The translations under genes and the position numbers were made by a program. From assembly GCA_030390025.1 (NCBI GenBank), contig CM059431.1, positions 112,098,001-112,162,000 of the forward strand: a stretch of 64,000 nucleotides of DNA, in the 5' to 3' direction. Below, in pieces: positions 1-14,000 of this stretch. Each line of letters begins with the position of its first letter. Positions within the stretch are counted from its first letter, which is position 1. Under the pieces are notes generated by a model. It worked only from the letters and a program-made list of their open reading frames with translations, made no database searches and was not told the origin of the DNA. The DNA comes from Squalus acanthias. Its lineage: Eukaryota.

Positions 1-1591
1 CAAATTTTAAACAGGACATCACAGTAGCCAGGAAAAGAGTGAAGATTGTAAAGTGAGGTCTAATTTAAATTAGTAGTAACTCAATTCCTTATGCTTTCAC
101 AAAGCAACTTTCAGCCAAATACAGTACTAAGTTGTATCATGGCATTGGCTGCTTATCAAAACTTAATTTTTGTGTGGGCTGTTTTGATAGAAGATTGCAT
201 GCTTTTTGCACATTTAATGATTTTACAAATGTTTAGTTCTTCATAATACAAGGCACTGAGTTTGTTTAATACAGATATTGCATTACAGCAACATGTGTAT
301 TTGGTACTTAATAAATGAGACTATAAAATAACACGTTCGTTAATGTTTTATTAATGTTTGAGAGATTTCTGTACATTGAGGACCATAAGATCTATTCTTT
401 TTCATATACTATTTTATTACATTATTTTTAAACCTTAAATGTGATTATGTTGCAGTGTCTGGTTTGCAACCTCTTTGCAGGTTTGAAGCACAGGATCCAT
501 GCGTATAGATTTAATGTACAAATTTGTGGATTACCCTGATGATTTTAGTTTCTCTTGACGTTTTGATTAAGTAAATGTTAAAGATGGCATTCTATATATG
601 GCCACTTCAAACATTTTTGAATTCTTAGCAATATCTGAGTTTTGATATCATCAGTTGTATTTCACACTGTACTATACTTTGATGTTTACTTCACCCAGAT
701 GAGATGGGATCAAAACTTTACCTTTTTATGGATTTGCACATCTAACCTTTCAAATATTAATTATTGCATTTGTTACTGATGTCATGAAATTGCAGTTTAT
801 TCAACAGTGGGTATGTAGCAAACTCTGGTGTAGGTGGATTACTTGTGTAAAACCTCATGTACGTATTATTCCAAAATAATGCACACCCAGGTTTACAACT
901 GGAACCACCTTCTATTGACCACAGCTTTGCAATGTTAACACAGTTACATGCTTTTTTTTTATTGATTTTCTTCAATTCTTTAGACTTCTTCAAAGGTCAG
1001 CTGATGTTGATTTAGGGTAAGTTTAATCAAGTCTAAAGTGCTTCGCTGCATATGTGCAATGTATGTTTTGTGTTGTGCTTTGTGTGCCAAACACAAGCAT
1101 GACGTGCTTGCAAAACAAGGCTAATGAAATGATGTCCCAATAGTCCCCTAGTGTAAGTGTCTCTGAGCTGGGGATTTTATTTTAATTGTTTTGTGTGTTT
1201 AATACCCCAATGCATTCAATCCCTGAAAATGGTCCAGTAAGCTTGCAGTTATGCTTTCGGCTGTGTGCAGCAGGCAATACAAGGTAACAACACATTAAAG
1301 GCAGCACTGTTTTAACTATAAATGCTTGACAAGTAAAAGATGAAGATTGTTAAAAGATCAATTGTATTAATTTTTAGTCCATGGATTTGTAATTGAGATC
1401 AATAAATTCCACCATGTGTTTTAAATCGAATAACCGTACAGAATTTAGTAAAATATCAGCTTCAAGATATGCATTCTTTCTTAAAAATAATAATAAATAT
1501 TTTCTTCATATTTTTGATGCTGACTATAAAACCTGAATTTAAAAATGAGCAGCGTAGGGGGTAAGGTAACTTGTTTTGAAGGGGTTTCAAT

Positions 1592-2357
1592 GGCCTGGAA
1601 TTTGCACTCGGGATGATGGCGAACTGGCAGCGTTTGCCTCATTCCACCGTTGAAACTGACCGCAACTTCGGGATTTGGCGCGTGCGGAAATCCCGAAGTT
1701 GCGGTCAGTCATTGACGGCTCTGAAACAGGCTGCGCTGTGCCCCTCCCCCCCCCCCCCCCCCCCCCCCCCGAGCCAGCAATCTGTGTAATCAGCTAAATC
1801 ATTGAAACTGACGGCAACTTTGGCTCTTCCACAGTAATTACGCTGTTAAATTCCCCACTGATAGTTAGACCCAAAGGGAGTAGGTGCAACTGCGGTTTTA
1901 ACAGTTTATTGACTGCTAAACAAAGGTTAAGGACCTGGAAAACTAATTTTAATTTTGTGCCGTGTGAAATTTGTCCATTTTAATAAAAATTAAAATTTTT
2001 AAGAAACTTAAAAAAAAATTAACTTTTTTAAAAGTTTGTCCATCTTTATTTCAGGTTTGCCTTTCCACCATTTGAGAGTCCCAATCTTTCTTTTCCTCTC
2101 TAACTATTTTAAAAAGTTAGAATTTTAAGCGCTTACCCACTTCCTTGTTTGCTCAGTGAGAATTCTGCCTTTTGATTGGCTGCTTAGACAGCTTGTTGAC
2201 ATCACAGCAGTTTGAACAAGAGGATTCGCCGCTACAGTCTATTGAGATCGGAAAACCCAAAGTGCTCGACACAGGGATTGCGAGATCCTTGTGCGGAGTG
2301 TACTTCGGGTCCAGCAGTGAATGCCTTCGCTTCGCTGCTGACCGCAAATTCCGGGCC
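1592..2357. mobile_element. Non-autonomous PIF/Harbinger-type MITE
   Basis: TIR GGCCTGGAATTTGC / GCAAATTCCGGGCC, perfect 3-bp TSD AAT (1589-91, 2358-60). Confidence 0.8.
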
Positions 2358-4061
2358 AATATGTCCAATATGTGTTTAAAGTATAGCCAATTGATCACAA
2401 TCCAATTTAAATTGATTTTGGTGTCCATGGTGATGCGTGTAGCAAGGCACATGAATTCAAGTAGGTCTTGCACGAGGATGATCAGCCCCAATCTATCTAA
2501 CTTCTGTAAACATCGAGACATTAGAACCTCAAAACAAGATAACTTAAAATGGATTTTTTTTAAATCCAATAGTTTTGTAAGCCTTCCTTGATTTAGTTTT
2601 CTAAATTTTTAATATGTGCTTAATAAATCAAATTATTTACACTTTATTTCACAACTTTATAATTTTTTTTAATGTTGAAATAATGCATTCTCCTTTGGAT
2701 AGAAAGTTGCCTCTATGGCTCCTGCATTCTTCCATAGTTCTCCGTGTAAACTGTACCTAAGTACAGTGGGCAGGAGAGCATGCATGTTCATCAGTAAAAA
2801 TGGGCCGAGTTTGTTTTAAAATCTCAGAGTTCTCTATCAGGTGAGATAGGTTGTTTCTATGATGATTAACAGCATAGCCAAGAATCGATTGGACTAATCG
2901 CACTTCAGCGTCTGCCAGTTCTAAAATTTAAACCGAGCTATAACAGAGTGTCGCGCTATTCTAATTTAATATCACGGTACATTGGTCTTATCTGTACACT
3001 TCATTGCTTAAGCAATGCGCTAGTCATTTTTTTAATAAAACTAGTGGAAAATTAAGAACTCCCCAGATCAGTGTCACAGCTGCTGTAGTAAGATACGCAC
3101 CTAACACAGCTGGCGTGCTAAGCGGTGATGGTCAAAAATAGTTGCATATTGCCGTTGGTTTAGCGCAACAGATGCAAAGCAATGTTTGGCTTATTTGCAG
3201 CTTGATTTGACTTTGGCTGACGGTGTGTTGTGCTGTTAAAGATAAAGCTGCATAGTCACTTATAGTTATGTAATTGTAACATGCATCTTGGACCCTACAG
3301 TAAGCATAAAGGTTGGCAACTGAACACACTACCTTGACCTATACCTGTCCTACAAACTTCTTTTGATTGGGTATGGGATTGATCGTGGAAGAAATGGGAT
3401 TGCTGTCTCGTGTAGTAATAGCTTTTGGTCTGGTTTTTGTTACCCATTTCTGCGTGACTTAAGGTCTTTTTAAGATCTCGCATGCCATGTACTATTTCTA
3501 ATTAGAGGGAGTGGGCAGATGGATTATTCTTGGGCCTATAACTGGTCAGGAACTGGTCACCTAGTGTTGGTTGATCATCCATCTTCAGTTCCTTCCCCCC
3601 TCTATCTCTCTGCTGATACTGAGACCAGGCACCTCTTCCATCTTATTTAGAAGCATTCCAACTCGTTGTGTATATATATACACCAAATAAATGCCTTTTA
3701 AATCTAAAAGTTACAAACTATTCTCTTTCAATTGATTTTTTTTAAAGTATCCAGACACACATTCCAGGATTAACATGTTGTTTTTAAATTAAGACTATTC
3801 CGATGAATCCAAGTCGCATGAATATTCGGATGTTAAGCCACAAAAAACGTTTCCTGGTTAAGTGCGTTCGCAGTCATGCTGAACATGATGGTTAAATTAA
3901 GTTCAATCTTTTATTAGCTGAGCAGCTAATATTTGTGCAGGCCTTTCGTTTCTGAATTCTGTTAAGCTGCCCAGCTGAAACAAAAAAAAACAAACCTTGG
4001 CCCTGAAATCTCGCTGCGGGAAGCACTTCCAGAGATGCTAGTACTTCACGGAGGAGTCACG

Positions 4062-4110
4062 GAATCATAACGGCACAGAAGGAGGCCATTCGGCCCATCG
4101 AGTCCGTGCA
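4062..4110 (-). mobile_element. CR1 LINE extreme 3' tail fragment
   Basis: cataacggcacagaaggaggccattcggcccatcgagtccgtgc, identical to tail at 9884-9927. Confidence 0.7.
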
Positions 4111-4895
4111 GGAGTAGCCTGCTTTTACCCAAAGCATTAAACCATTTATTTTAACACGGGAGCGGGGGAATTTCAGATGAACGGGTTAAGCGTTCATATG
4201 CTGATATCCCATGTTGTGTTGACGGGCCGCCTGGTGTCTTGATGTGGCAATGCAGTTGTTTTCAGTGGACTAGATTTAAATGTCTAAACCACATGTTTGC
4301 AATACCGTGCCAGAGCCATGTTTGAGTGGATCGTGGATACATTGATGGATTTTCAATTCGGGCTGGCTTTGGGTTTTTTGAATAGTTTATAATATGCAAA
4401 TCTATCGACCCAAATCTTGCAATTTCACTTCACCAAAATAGTTCACTAATAGTTTCTGCATCTGTTATAACTGATGAATTTCAACAAAAGAACATTAATG
4501 CTAATCAAAACTGTTGTGATGTTTAGTGAAATTGATATATTTGTGTTCATTTGCATTGTCACTCGAACTAAATGCCGTGAAGTATGGCACCAAATATTAA
4601 ATGTAATAGTCATACTGGGAATATATTGAATGAGGGGTACAGTGCCTTTATTAGCTAATTGTGTGTAATATTACATTTTCCAGAGAAACATGCTGTTTAG
4701 TTGATTTAGATGCATTTCATTCATCATGTAATTATATTGTATCATAAGTATGTAAATAAACAGCTCCACGCTTGAGTAAAAATGACCAATTACACCGAAT
4801 GGAACTATTTTGTTCAAGTCAGAGATGAATTCTCCCGACCACAATGAACATGCATAGATTTTCTATTGGCTATTGAATATATCCTTTTATTTTAG

Positions 4896-5016
4896 GAGTA
4901 AATCACTCAATGACGTGTCTGCTGAAGATGCCGTTAAAGTTTCTAAATCTCTAAGATATGAAGAGATGCAGAAAATGAAGAATGCTCTACAAGAGCAGGA
5001 CCAGCAATGGCAGAAT
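4896..5016 (+). CDS. LMO7: LMO7 exon ([12 protein letters not shown]...[20 protein letters not shown])
   Basis: tttag| acceptor, |gtgagt donor, phase 2 to 0; strong LMO7/LIMCH1 DUF4757-type motif. Confidence 0.95.
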
Positions 5017-8000
5017 GTGAGTTGAAAGCAGTCTCATTTTGCCTCTTTCCACTTCACTCCATATTCAGCACTCGACCAAGGCAACATCTGCAAGTTGCAT
5101 ACATTTTGCACAACCTGATTTTGAAAAACCTTCCTTTTTACCTCCTCAAAATATTCAATCAAGTGAGACAGTCACGACCTTCCCTCAACAAATCCATGCT
5201 GACTGTCCTTGATTAATCCGTGCCTTTCTAAATGACGATTAATGCTGTCCCTCAGAATTATTTCCAATAATTTGCCCACCACCAAGGTTAGGCTGACGGG
5301 CCTGTAATTACTCAGTCTATCCCTTTCTCCCTTTTTAAACAGCAGTGCAACGTTAGCAGTTCTCCAGTCTTCCGGCACCACACCTGTAGCCAGAGAGGAT
5401 TGGAAAATGATGGTCTGGCCTCCGCTATTTCCTTCCTTGCTTTTCTTAACAGCCTGGGATACATTTCATCCAGGCCTGGCGATTTATCTACTTTCAAAGA
5501 TGCGAAACCCCGTAATATATCCTCTCACTATGTTTATCTCCTCTAATATTTCACACTCCTCCTCCTTAACTACAATGTCTGCATTGTCCCTCTCTTTTGT
5601 GAAGACAGACGCAAAGTATCTATTAAGAAGAGGATTAAGGGAGATTAGGATGGGGGACCAAAAACCTTGAGAGGTAGGTTTTACGTTGAGGCTTGTTAAG
5701 GCGGCAAGGGAGTTGGAGTTGGAGGTGGAGGTGTTTAAACGGGATTCCAGAGTGTGGGAACTAGGTGGTTGAAGGCACAGCTTTAAAATAATTTTGGAAC
5801 TTGGGATAAATCTCTCATTCTACATGTTATAGAAACTGTATGCGGCTCTGAAGTAATGCAGCATGAAGGCAAAAGGTTGATTTAAGGCTGTGTATTTTTG
5901 TGTTATATGGAACTATAGCAAGAGCAATTTAATAAAAATAATTTTAAGGAGGATAGTGTGTGTTTGTGAAGTGAAACTGGGCTGGGGAGGGAAGAAACTT
6001 TTCATAAGACCTCCTACAGATCGGCTCTTTAGGGTAATACAAAGTCTGTACCATGTGACGTGGTTCGATAACACTTCAGTGCATGGCATCATTCAGTGCT
6101 GGGGCATGGCTCCGGGCTAAATTGCTAATTTGAACCACATCACAGTGAGTGGAGGCCAGGGACTTGCCCTCAGGAACAGGGAAAATTTGAGGGAGAGTGC
6201 ATCTCTTAGAAGGTGGCCAAAGTGCAGCATAGGCCGAGGCTTGGGAACTGGTCACCTCGCCTCTGAGCCATAGTTGATGTGGTCCATGAAGGCAAGGAGA
6301 AAAACCCACGGGGAAAGGAGGAATTTTATTCCTTCATTCCTCCTCCAATCAGAAAATAATTCTGACCAAGGGTGCCCTTGCATTTAGGTGGTGGTGTATA
6401 TGTTCCTATTGATATTCCTGGTTATACATGGCTTTTGCTAAGAATCAAAGCTTAGGCCAGGATTTTCCCGTTTCCCACCCGCACAGTGTGGGGGGCGGGG
6501 GGGGGAGACCCAGGAGACAGCAGGAAACCTGGACGTTCGGGTTTCCTGGCACGTTGTGGAGTTTTAACCAGGTAGGTGCTGGGCCCAGGATGGCGGGGGG
6601 GGCGGGGTTCCAAGCCCGGGGGGTTGGGGGAGGGTAGGGGTTCCAAGCCCGAGTGTGGGGGGTATGATCCCAGACCCCATGGCTGAGTTGTGATCCCCGG
6701 GGTGGGGGGAGAAGAGAGGGGTTCGATCCCAGGAGGGGTCCCAACCCCGGGGGTGCAGGCTTCTGGTGGTGGGGGGGCCGGGAGAAAGCACTCCTGCTCC
6801 TTCTGACTCTTCGGGGATTGCTCCCCGAGGCTGAGGCCGCCTCATTGCAGCCACCGGGAATCCCGAGTCCCGGCCACCTGCAGTAAAAGAGTAGAGGCTT
6901 CAGGCCACATTATAATATTTAAAATACCAACCCGCCTCCCCCCCCCCCCCAATCCCACCAGAGTAAAAGGTGAAAGTGGGCGGGTTGGGGGTCAGGTTTT
7001 AGATTTTTACAACTTTCACTTCTCCAGCCCACCCATATTTTTCCTGTGAAAATTCCAGCCTGAAATGTTTGAAGATTTTATTTTTTGTTTCAAGCACTAT
7101 TTTATACTTCAGTTTTTCTAGTTGTCACTTAACACCCGTCAGTCTCAAAGTTGCCCTTATTTGTATTGATACTTCTCTAAATGTAAATATAGAGAATGCT
7201 TTGGGTGTAAGCTTAAACTGCTGGTGTGACATTGGTTGGCAATAGTTCTGCAGATTGGCTTCACAAAGAGAAGTCTATAGTCTACTTGTATCAGTCAGTT
7301 TGAATTCCGAAAATCTAGTACCAGATGCCTGTCTTTCAGCTGTGCTAAGTGAGCGCTTTAATCCAGATATATAATAGAATATCAATAATGCATTCCAGAT
7401 CTACTGAAATGGAACACCAGTGTGTGCATTAGCATTTAAATGGGATATAACTTCTCCTTCCTTGTATTTATGCATTTCAGCTGATAAGATTTGTAGAAAT
7501 GTTAATTTGTTTTCATTGTTTTAAAAAAAAATATGATTAGGACCTGGCAAAGTGGAAGAATCGTCGTAAAAGTTTTACCTCAGACTTGCAGAAGAAGAAG
7601 GATGAGAGAGAAGAAATTGAGAAAATTACAACTACAGAGAGTCTCAAAGCCACAAAGACGTTCAGAAAAATGAGGGAAGAAAGGTAACCCAGGAATTTCC
7701 TAATGTTTCGAATTGCTCCAATAAGCCTCTGTAGTGATGCAGAATATTGCTCACGGGTTCTGCAGCTGGCTCGCTGCCTCATTGTTTTATATTTAAGAAT
7801 GTACCAGTTTGCGTTTTGCGCTTGTTGCTTGCAGGCATCATTAGTTCTCATAGCATGGAGGGTGGGGGGGAGCAGAAGGCAAGGTCATTTATTTATATTT
7901 GGCTGTTGGCATAACCATGCCAACAATTAAATACACTCATGCCCATTAGGAATCAATATTAATATTTATGAAATATACATTTTATATTAGAAAAGGCATT

Positions 8001-11000
8001 TGCATAAGGTCCCAATAGCAGCATGTAATGTTTACTAAGTGGGGCAATCAAAAGATGAGGTCAGTATATTCTCAGTATATCTGTTCCTTTTCTTGGGATA
8101 ACAATGAGTTTCATCTGGTAGTAGTTTAGAATAAATCCATTATTATTATACCACATGTAATAGTGTAATCTAGCCTATAGTAGTGATGCTTAACTAGTGA
8201 TCGGACAGTGGTGTGTTCTGTTTTGATTTTGTCAAAAGCTCCCTAGTTGATCATCTATTCCTGGTGTATCCATCGTATAAGGGTCACGTTATCTTTCCTT
8301 TTGTTCTCAAAGGTGAAATCTTTTGGTAGTTGGACTTGATTTGCATTTTTATTTATGATGGCTGTTTATTCACGCACAGGTGGTAGTGTTATGGTAGTAA
8401 GTCCCCATAAGACTGCTTTAAACACGGAAAGCCACTTTAAACCTTGTGCATTATCTAAAATGTATATTAAAAACTCGCTACCACAGGGAGTGGTTGAAGC
8501 GAATAGTATAGATGCATTTAACGGGAGAAGAGAATAGAGGGTTATGCTGGTAGAGTTAGATGAGGAAAGGCGGGAGGAGGCTCGAGTGGAGCATAAATGC
8601 CAGCATGGACTGGTTGGGCCGAATGGCTTGTTTCTGTGCTGTATATCAACAACAACAACTTGTATTTATATAGCGCCTTTAACGTAGTAAAACGTCCCAA
8701 GATGCTGCACAGGAGTATTTTAAGACAAAAAATTTGACACTGATAAAGGATAAATTAGGGCAGGTGACCAAAAGCTTGGTCAAAGAGGCAGGTTTTAAGG
8801 AGCGTCTTAAAGGAGGAAAGAGAGGTAGCAAGGCAGAGAGGTTTAGGCAGGGAATTTCAGAGTTTAGGGCCTAGGCAACAGAAGGCACGGCCACCAAAGG
8901 TTGAGCGATTATAATCGGGGATGCTTGGGGGCAGAATTAGAGGAGCGCAGATATCTCTTTTGGGGGGGGGGGCGAGGCCATGGTGGGATTTGAAAACCAG
9001 GATGAGAATTTTGAAATCGAGGCGCTGCTTAACCGGGAGCCAATGTAGGTCAGCGAGCACAGGGGAGATGGACGAACGGGACTTGGTGCGAGTTAGGACA
9101 CGGGTAGCCGAGTTTTGGATGATCTCAAGTTTACGTAGGGTAGAATGTGGGAGGCCGGCCAGGAGTGCGTTGGAATAGTCAAGTCTAGAGGTAACAAAGG
9201 CGTAGATGAGGGTTTCAGCAGCGGATGAGCTGAGGCAAGGGCGGAGATGGGCGATCTTATGTAATCCTGTGTATATTAAGTTTGCTGGTATCAAACTTTT
9301 TGGACTAGTCTTCATTTAAATGCAGTTTTCTGTTTGTTTAGCAAATACACAACTCTGATGGAAGATGGCCAAATGAAGTCTGCACGCATATGTGTGCAAT
9401 AAAATGCAAGGAGATGTACTTATCTACCATCTCCTAAACAGTTAACTTTTTTTTGTTTGCTTTTGAATGACGGCTACCCACGGAACAGTTGGGTTCGGAT
9501 TTCATGTATTAACTGCAGTGACCGTGTGGGATTTGGAGGCTAGCAGTAGTCACATATTTTTGATGGATTAGTGGTTATGGGATGTAAAAGGAATGCACAG
9601 TATATATAATCAGCAAGAAAATGCTGGGTAACATTTACGCGATCTTGTAACCTTAATCTACTAATCTTTCCAACACACAAAAATCCTCATTTAGATTTTA
9701 AATTGAGATTTACTGATCCAGATTTTCCTCTATATTGAGGGGTTTGTAACGGTATAGATACGCTGTATGTACGTAAAATCCAGATGATCACTGTAAACTT
9801 CCTTGAGACACTTACAAAGGATTGCTTTTTTTGTATCGACCAGTCTCAGCAAAAATAAAGCCTAGGTGAGGGTAATATATAGTCATAACGGCACAGAAGG
9901 AGGCCATTCGGCCCATCGAGTCCGTGCCGGCTCTCTGTAGAGCAATCCAGTCAGTCCCATTACCCCGCTCTGTCCCCGTAGCCCTGGAAGTTTATTTCCC
10001 TCAAGTGCCTATCCAGTCTCCCCTTGAAAACATTGAGTGTCTCCGCTTCCACCACTTCTGTCGGCAGCGAGTTCCAGGTCCTCACCACTCGCTGCGTAAA
10101 AAAGCTTTTCCTCACATCCCCACTGTATCTCTTGCCCAAAACCTTAAATCTGTGTCCCCTAGTCCTTGTACCATCAACTAGTGGGAACAGCCTTTTCCCG
10201 TCTAGCCTATCCAAACCCGTCATAATCTTGTACACCTCTATCAAATCACCCCTCAACCTCCTTTGCTATAATGAAAACAAATCCAGCTTCTCCAACCTGT
10301 CCTTGTAGCTAAGATCCCCCATCCCTGGAACCATTCTGGTAAATCTCCTCTGCACCCTCTTCACATCCTTCCTGAAGTGTGGTGACCAGAACTGGACGCA
10401 ATACTCCAGTTGTGGCCTAACCAGCGCTTTATAAAGGTTCAGCATAACTTCTCTACTTTTGTACTCAATACCTCTATTTATGAAGCCCAAGATCCCATAT
10501 GCTTTGCTAACCACTCTCTCAATATGTCCCGCCACCTTCAGGGACCTATGCACATTAACTCCCAGGTCCCTCTGTCCCTGCACACTCTTTAAAACTGTGC
10601 CATTAAGTGTATATTGCCTCTCCCTGTTCCTTCTGCCAAAATGCATCACCTCACACTTCTCTGTATTAAATTCCATCTGCCACTTGTCTGCCCATTCTGC
10701 TAGCCTTTCTATGCCCTGTTGCAGTCGATTGGTATCATCCTCACTGTTTGCCACACCCCCAAGTTTGGTGTCATCGGCAAATTTAGAGAAATTCTACTCT
10801 GTATTCCAATATCCAGGTCATTTATATAGAAAGCAGTGGCCCCAGCACTGACCCTTGGGGAACACCACTGTCGACCATCCTCCAGTCTGAAAAACAGCCA
10901 TTTACCACAACTCGCTGTTTTCTGTCCTTAAGCCAATTCCTTATCCAAGCTGCCACTGACCCACCTATTCCATGAGCCTCAATTTTGTTAACCAGCTTTC

Positions 11001-14000
11001 CATGTGGTACTTTGTCGAACGCCTTCTGAAAATCCATGTAGACAACATCCATTGCATTCCCTTCATCAATCCTCCCTGTTACTTCATCAAAATATTCAAT
11101 TAGATTAGTTAAACACGGCCTGCCTTTTACAAATTCATGTTGGCTCTCCTTAATTAGCTTAAACCTCTCCAAGTGCCCGTTAATTTTTTCCTTGATTATT
11201 GTTTCTAAAACTTTACCCACCACTGATGTTAAACTGACCGTGTAGTTACTAGGATTGTCCTTGCACCCTTTCTTGAACAATGGTGTCACATTTGCCACTT
11301 TCCAATCCATAGGCACCTCCCCCACATCTAGGGAAGATTGGAAAATTATGGCAAGCCCTTCCGCTATCTCCTCCCCCAATTCCCTTAGCAAGCCATCTGG
11401 ACCAGGCGACTTATCCACTCTAAGCATACCCAGCCTTTCTAGTACATCCTGTCTATCAATTTTCACCCCTTCCATTGCTCCTACCTTTTCCACTTCTACT
11501 GATATTTTGTCAGCATCCGCCTCCTTAGTAAACACCGATACAAAGTACTCATTGAGTATTCTAGCCTTGCCCTGCGCCTCTAAGCATATATCACCTTCTT
11601 TGTCTCTAATAGGCCCCACCCCGCCTCTTAATACCCGCTTACTGTTTACAGGCCGGAGAAGAATTTTGGGTTCCCTTTTATGTTAACCGCCATTCTACTC
11701 TCATATTCTCTCTTTGCCAATCTTATTTTCATGTTGCCGATTTCTTATTTGTGGACATTCCTGAGGAATCTGGAATATGATAACTTATTGAAAACTTGGT
11801 GGTAAAATAGTGCTTTCTAACTATTTACACTGCTCGGATTCTGGCCAGGGTCTGGAGCTCCAATACAGTCACTTCAGAGGGCTAAAGTCTTGTATATCTT
11901 TTTTCCTCTCGAGAATCAATTGGGACAGTTTTAGTTCACAGGAGCACTTGCTACTACTTTGGAGATTCTGCCGGTTGTACAAGTCGGGTTTTGAGAAGAA
12001 AATGATGTGCATGTATGTAGAATTAATTAATAACATTATGACATTAAGCAACTTAAATTTGTCAGATAACTGATGTAGATAAAATCGGGACTTTAGAAAA
12101 ATGTTAGGGAAGTGACAGTTAAGTGAAATCTGGAATGTTTTATCAGCACAAAGTACTTTTTGGACATCACTCATTAAAGCATAAGGCTTAACAGATGTAA
12201 GGGAAATGTGCGGTCACATTATTTTTAGGATTGGACTTTATTTCCTGTGAAAGACACCAGATATTCAATTCCTTATGTCTTGAATTCAAAATGCACAGAA
12301 AGTTGGGGGGAAATTGTTGTTCAAGTAATGTTGCTGAATATAAAAAGCAGGAAATGCGGTTCATTTTGTATTCACGTTCCTTTTGTGGGGATTGAAATGC
12401 AACACTAATTAACTTGAAGCTGACTAGTTTTGCCATTTGTAAGAACTTTTCTCAGTTGTACCACTGTGTACAAATTACAACCTAACTAAATACTTTCACA
12501 GACCACACCTACTTATCATCTCGGTTTCACATTTATTCTAATGAGTGTTTTTGCTCTCTTCCCTCTTTTTTTTCCTCCCCTCCCTCACAGGGAGTTCAGA
12601 CAGCAGGGACCGTATAGTGGTGACCAAACCGACTACAGAAAGCTGAACTCCTCAGATGAAGAAGTGTTTGCTGAAGAAAGTAAGCCCCCACAACGTTTGT
12701 ACGAAAGGAGTTATACTGTGGCAAGTGAAACCCCTTTCACTTCCCAGAGACATGCGACGGTTTCCTCGGTGCCTCCACGTCAAGCCTCTCTGAACCAGAC
12801 AGCATCAGAATTGAAAACTACAGTCAACAATATGTCAGAAAAACAAAGCCCTGTTCCATTCTATACCCGCCATTCAGTGGACTCTAAAACGGAGCAAAGT
12901 CGGGTTTCAAGTTCTCTGCCTCGGAATTACCAAAGACCTGACGTGTCCAGGATTGCACCTGTGGTTGTGCCAAGACCCTACGGTTCGCAATCTAATAAAG
13001 TCTCCTCCCTCACTAGATCTTATCCGGTAAGTGGTTCTGGATAAATCCAATATGTTTATTTAAGCAAACTATTTCAGGGTTGTTTCTGTTTTCATTAAGT
13101 GTGTTGGTTTGGGGCCGTTTCCCTTCAGATGTGTTCAAGGTCTCGGGTTGCGAGCTGCTTCATTGTGCATCAATAATAAACCAGTTCTCTTTGGCTCTGC
13201 AACTTAGCAGCCGTATAGATTTCTTTTTATTTCTTGCTCTCTGCATTCTCGTTTTAGTTTGTTGTACTGGTGCAAAATGTGAGCAAACTGTACTCTTTGA
13301 ATTCATTTCATTTCTGGACGCGACTATGCAGACATTTAATTTGAGTATTTTCCGTTTTTTGGAAGCAGGAATAGTGAAGGGGAATTTAGAACATTTTTTG
13401 CACCACTTGATGCAGAAGCTTAAAACTACCAAGCCAGCGCATCCAATTTTAATTTCTGTGGTTGTCATTATGCAAACGCTTTTTCAATTGTAACAGCATA
13501 TGTAAACTAATACCAATATGTGGCATTTCAGTGTGTAACACAAGAGCAGAAAATGCTGGTAAACATTCAGTTCAGGAAGCATTTGTGAAGTGAACAGACA
13601 AGTTTGTTGCTGATCCTACTTCAAAAGCTCCAGCATTTACTGTTTTGTTTCAGATGTCCAGCATCTGTAGTTTTTGTTTGCTTTTTGTTTGCATTTCAAT
13701 TTTTGGCTTCCTTTTGGGAGGAAAGAGAGACACTCGCAGTGCATAAGCTTTGAATTTCATCTTTTAAAATTAGTGCCCAAAGATTCAAGACAAATTAGTA
13801 TCATTGTTAAGCACGTTACCCTCTCCTGCCTATTTCTTCCCAAACCCCTGCCCACCCCACCCCAAGTAAACTCTGCTTGATGGTACAAGATCCAAGTAAG
13901 CCAGATTACTTCACAATCTAATAAGGGTTTTGAGCAGTAGCAAACTTACTGTGCTGTCTGCTGCTGCCAGTCTTCTCTGGCACTGTACAGAGTGATGGTT

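Noticed and set aside
3281..3305. ATG CAT CTT GGA CCC TAC A|gtaagc as an alternative first exon, near E-boxes (CAGCTG) and a MEF2-like site
   Set aside because: Ends in phase 1, incompatible with the phase-2 exon at 4896; short motifs occur by chance
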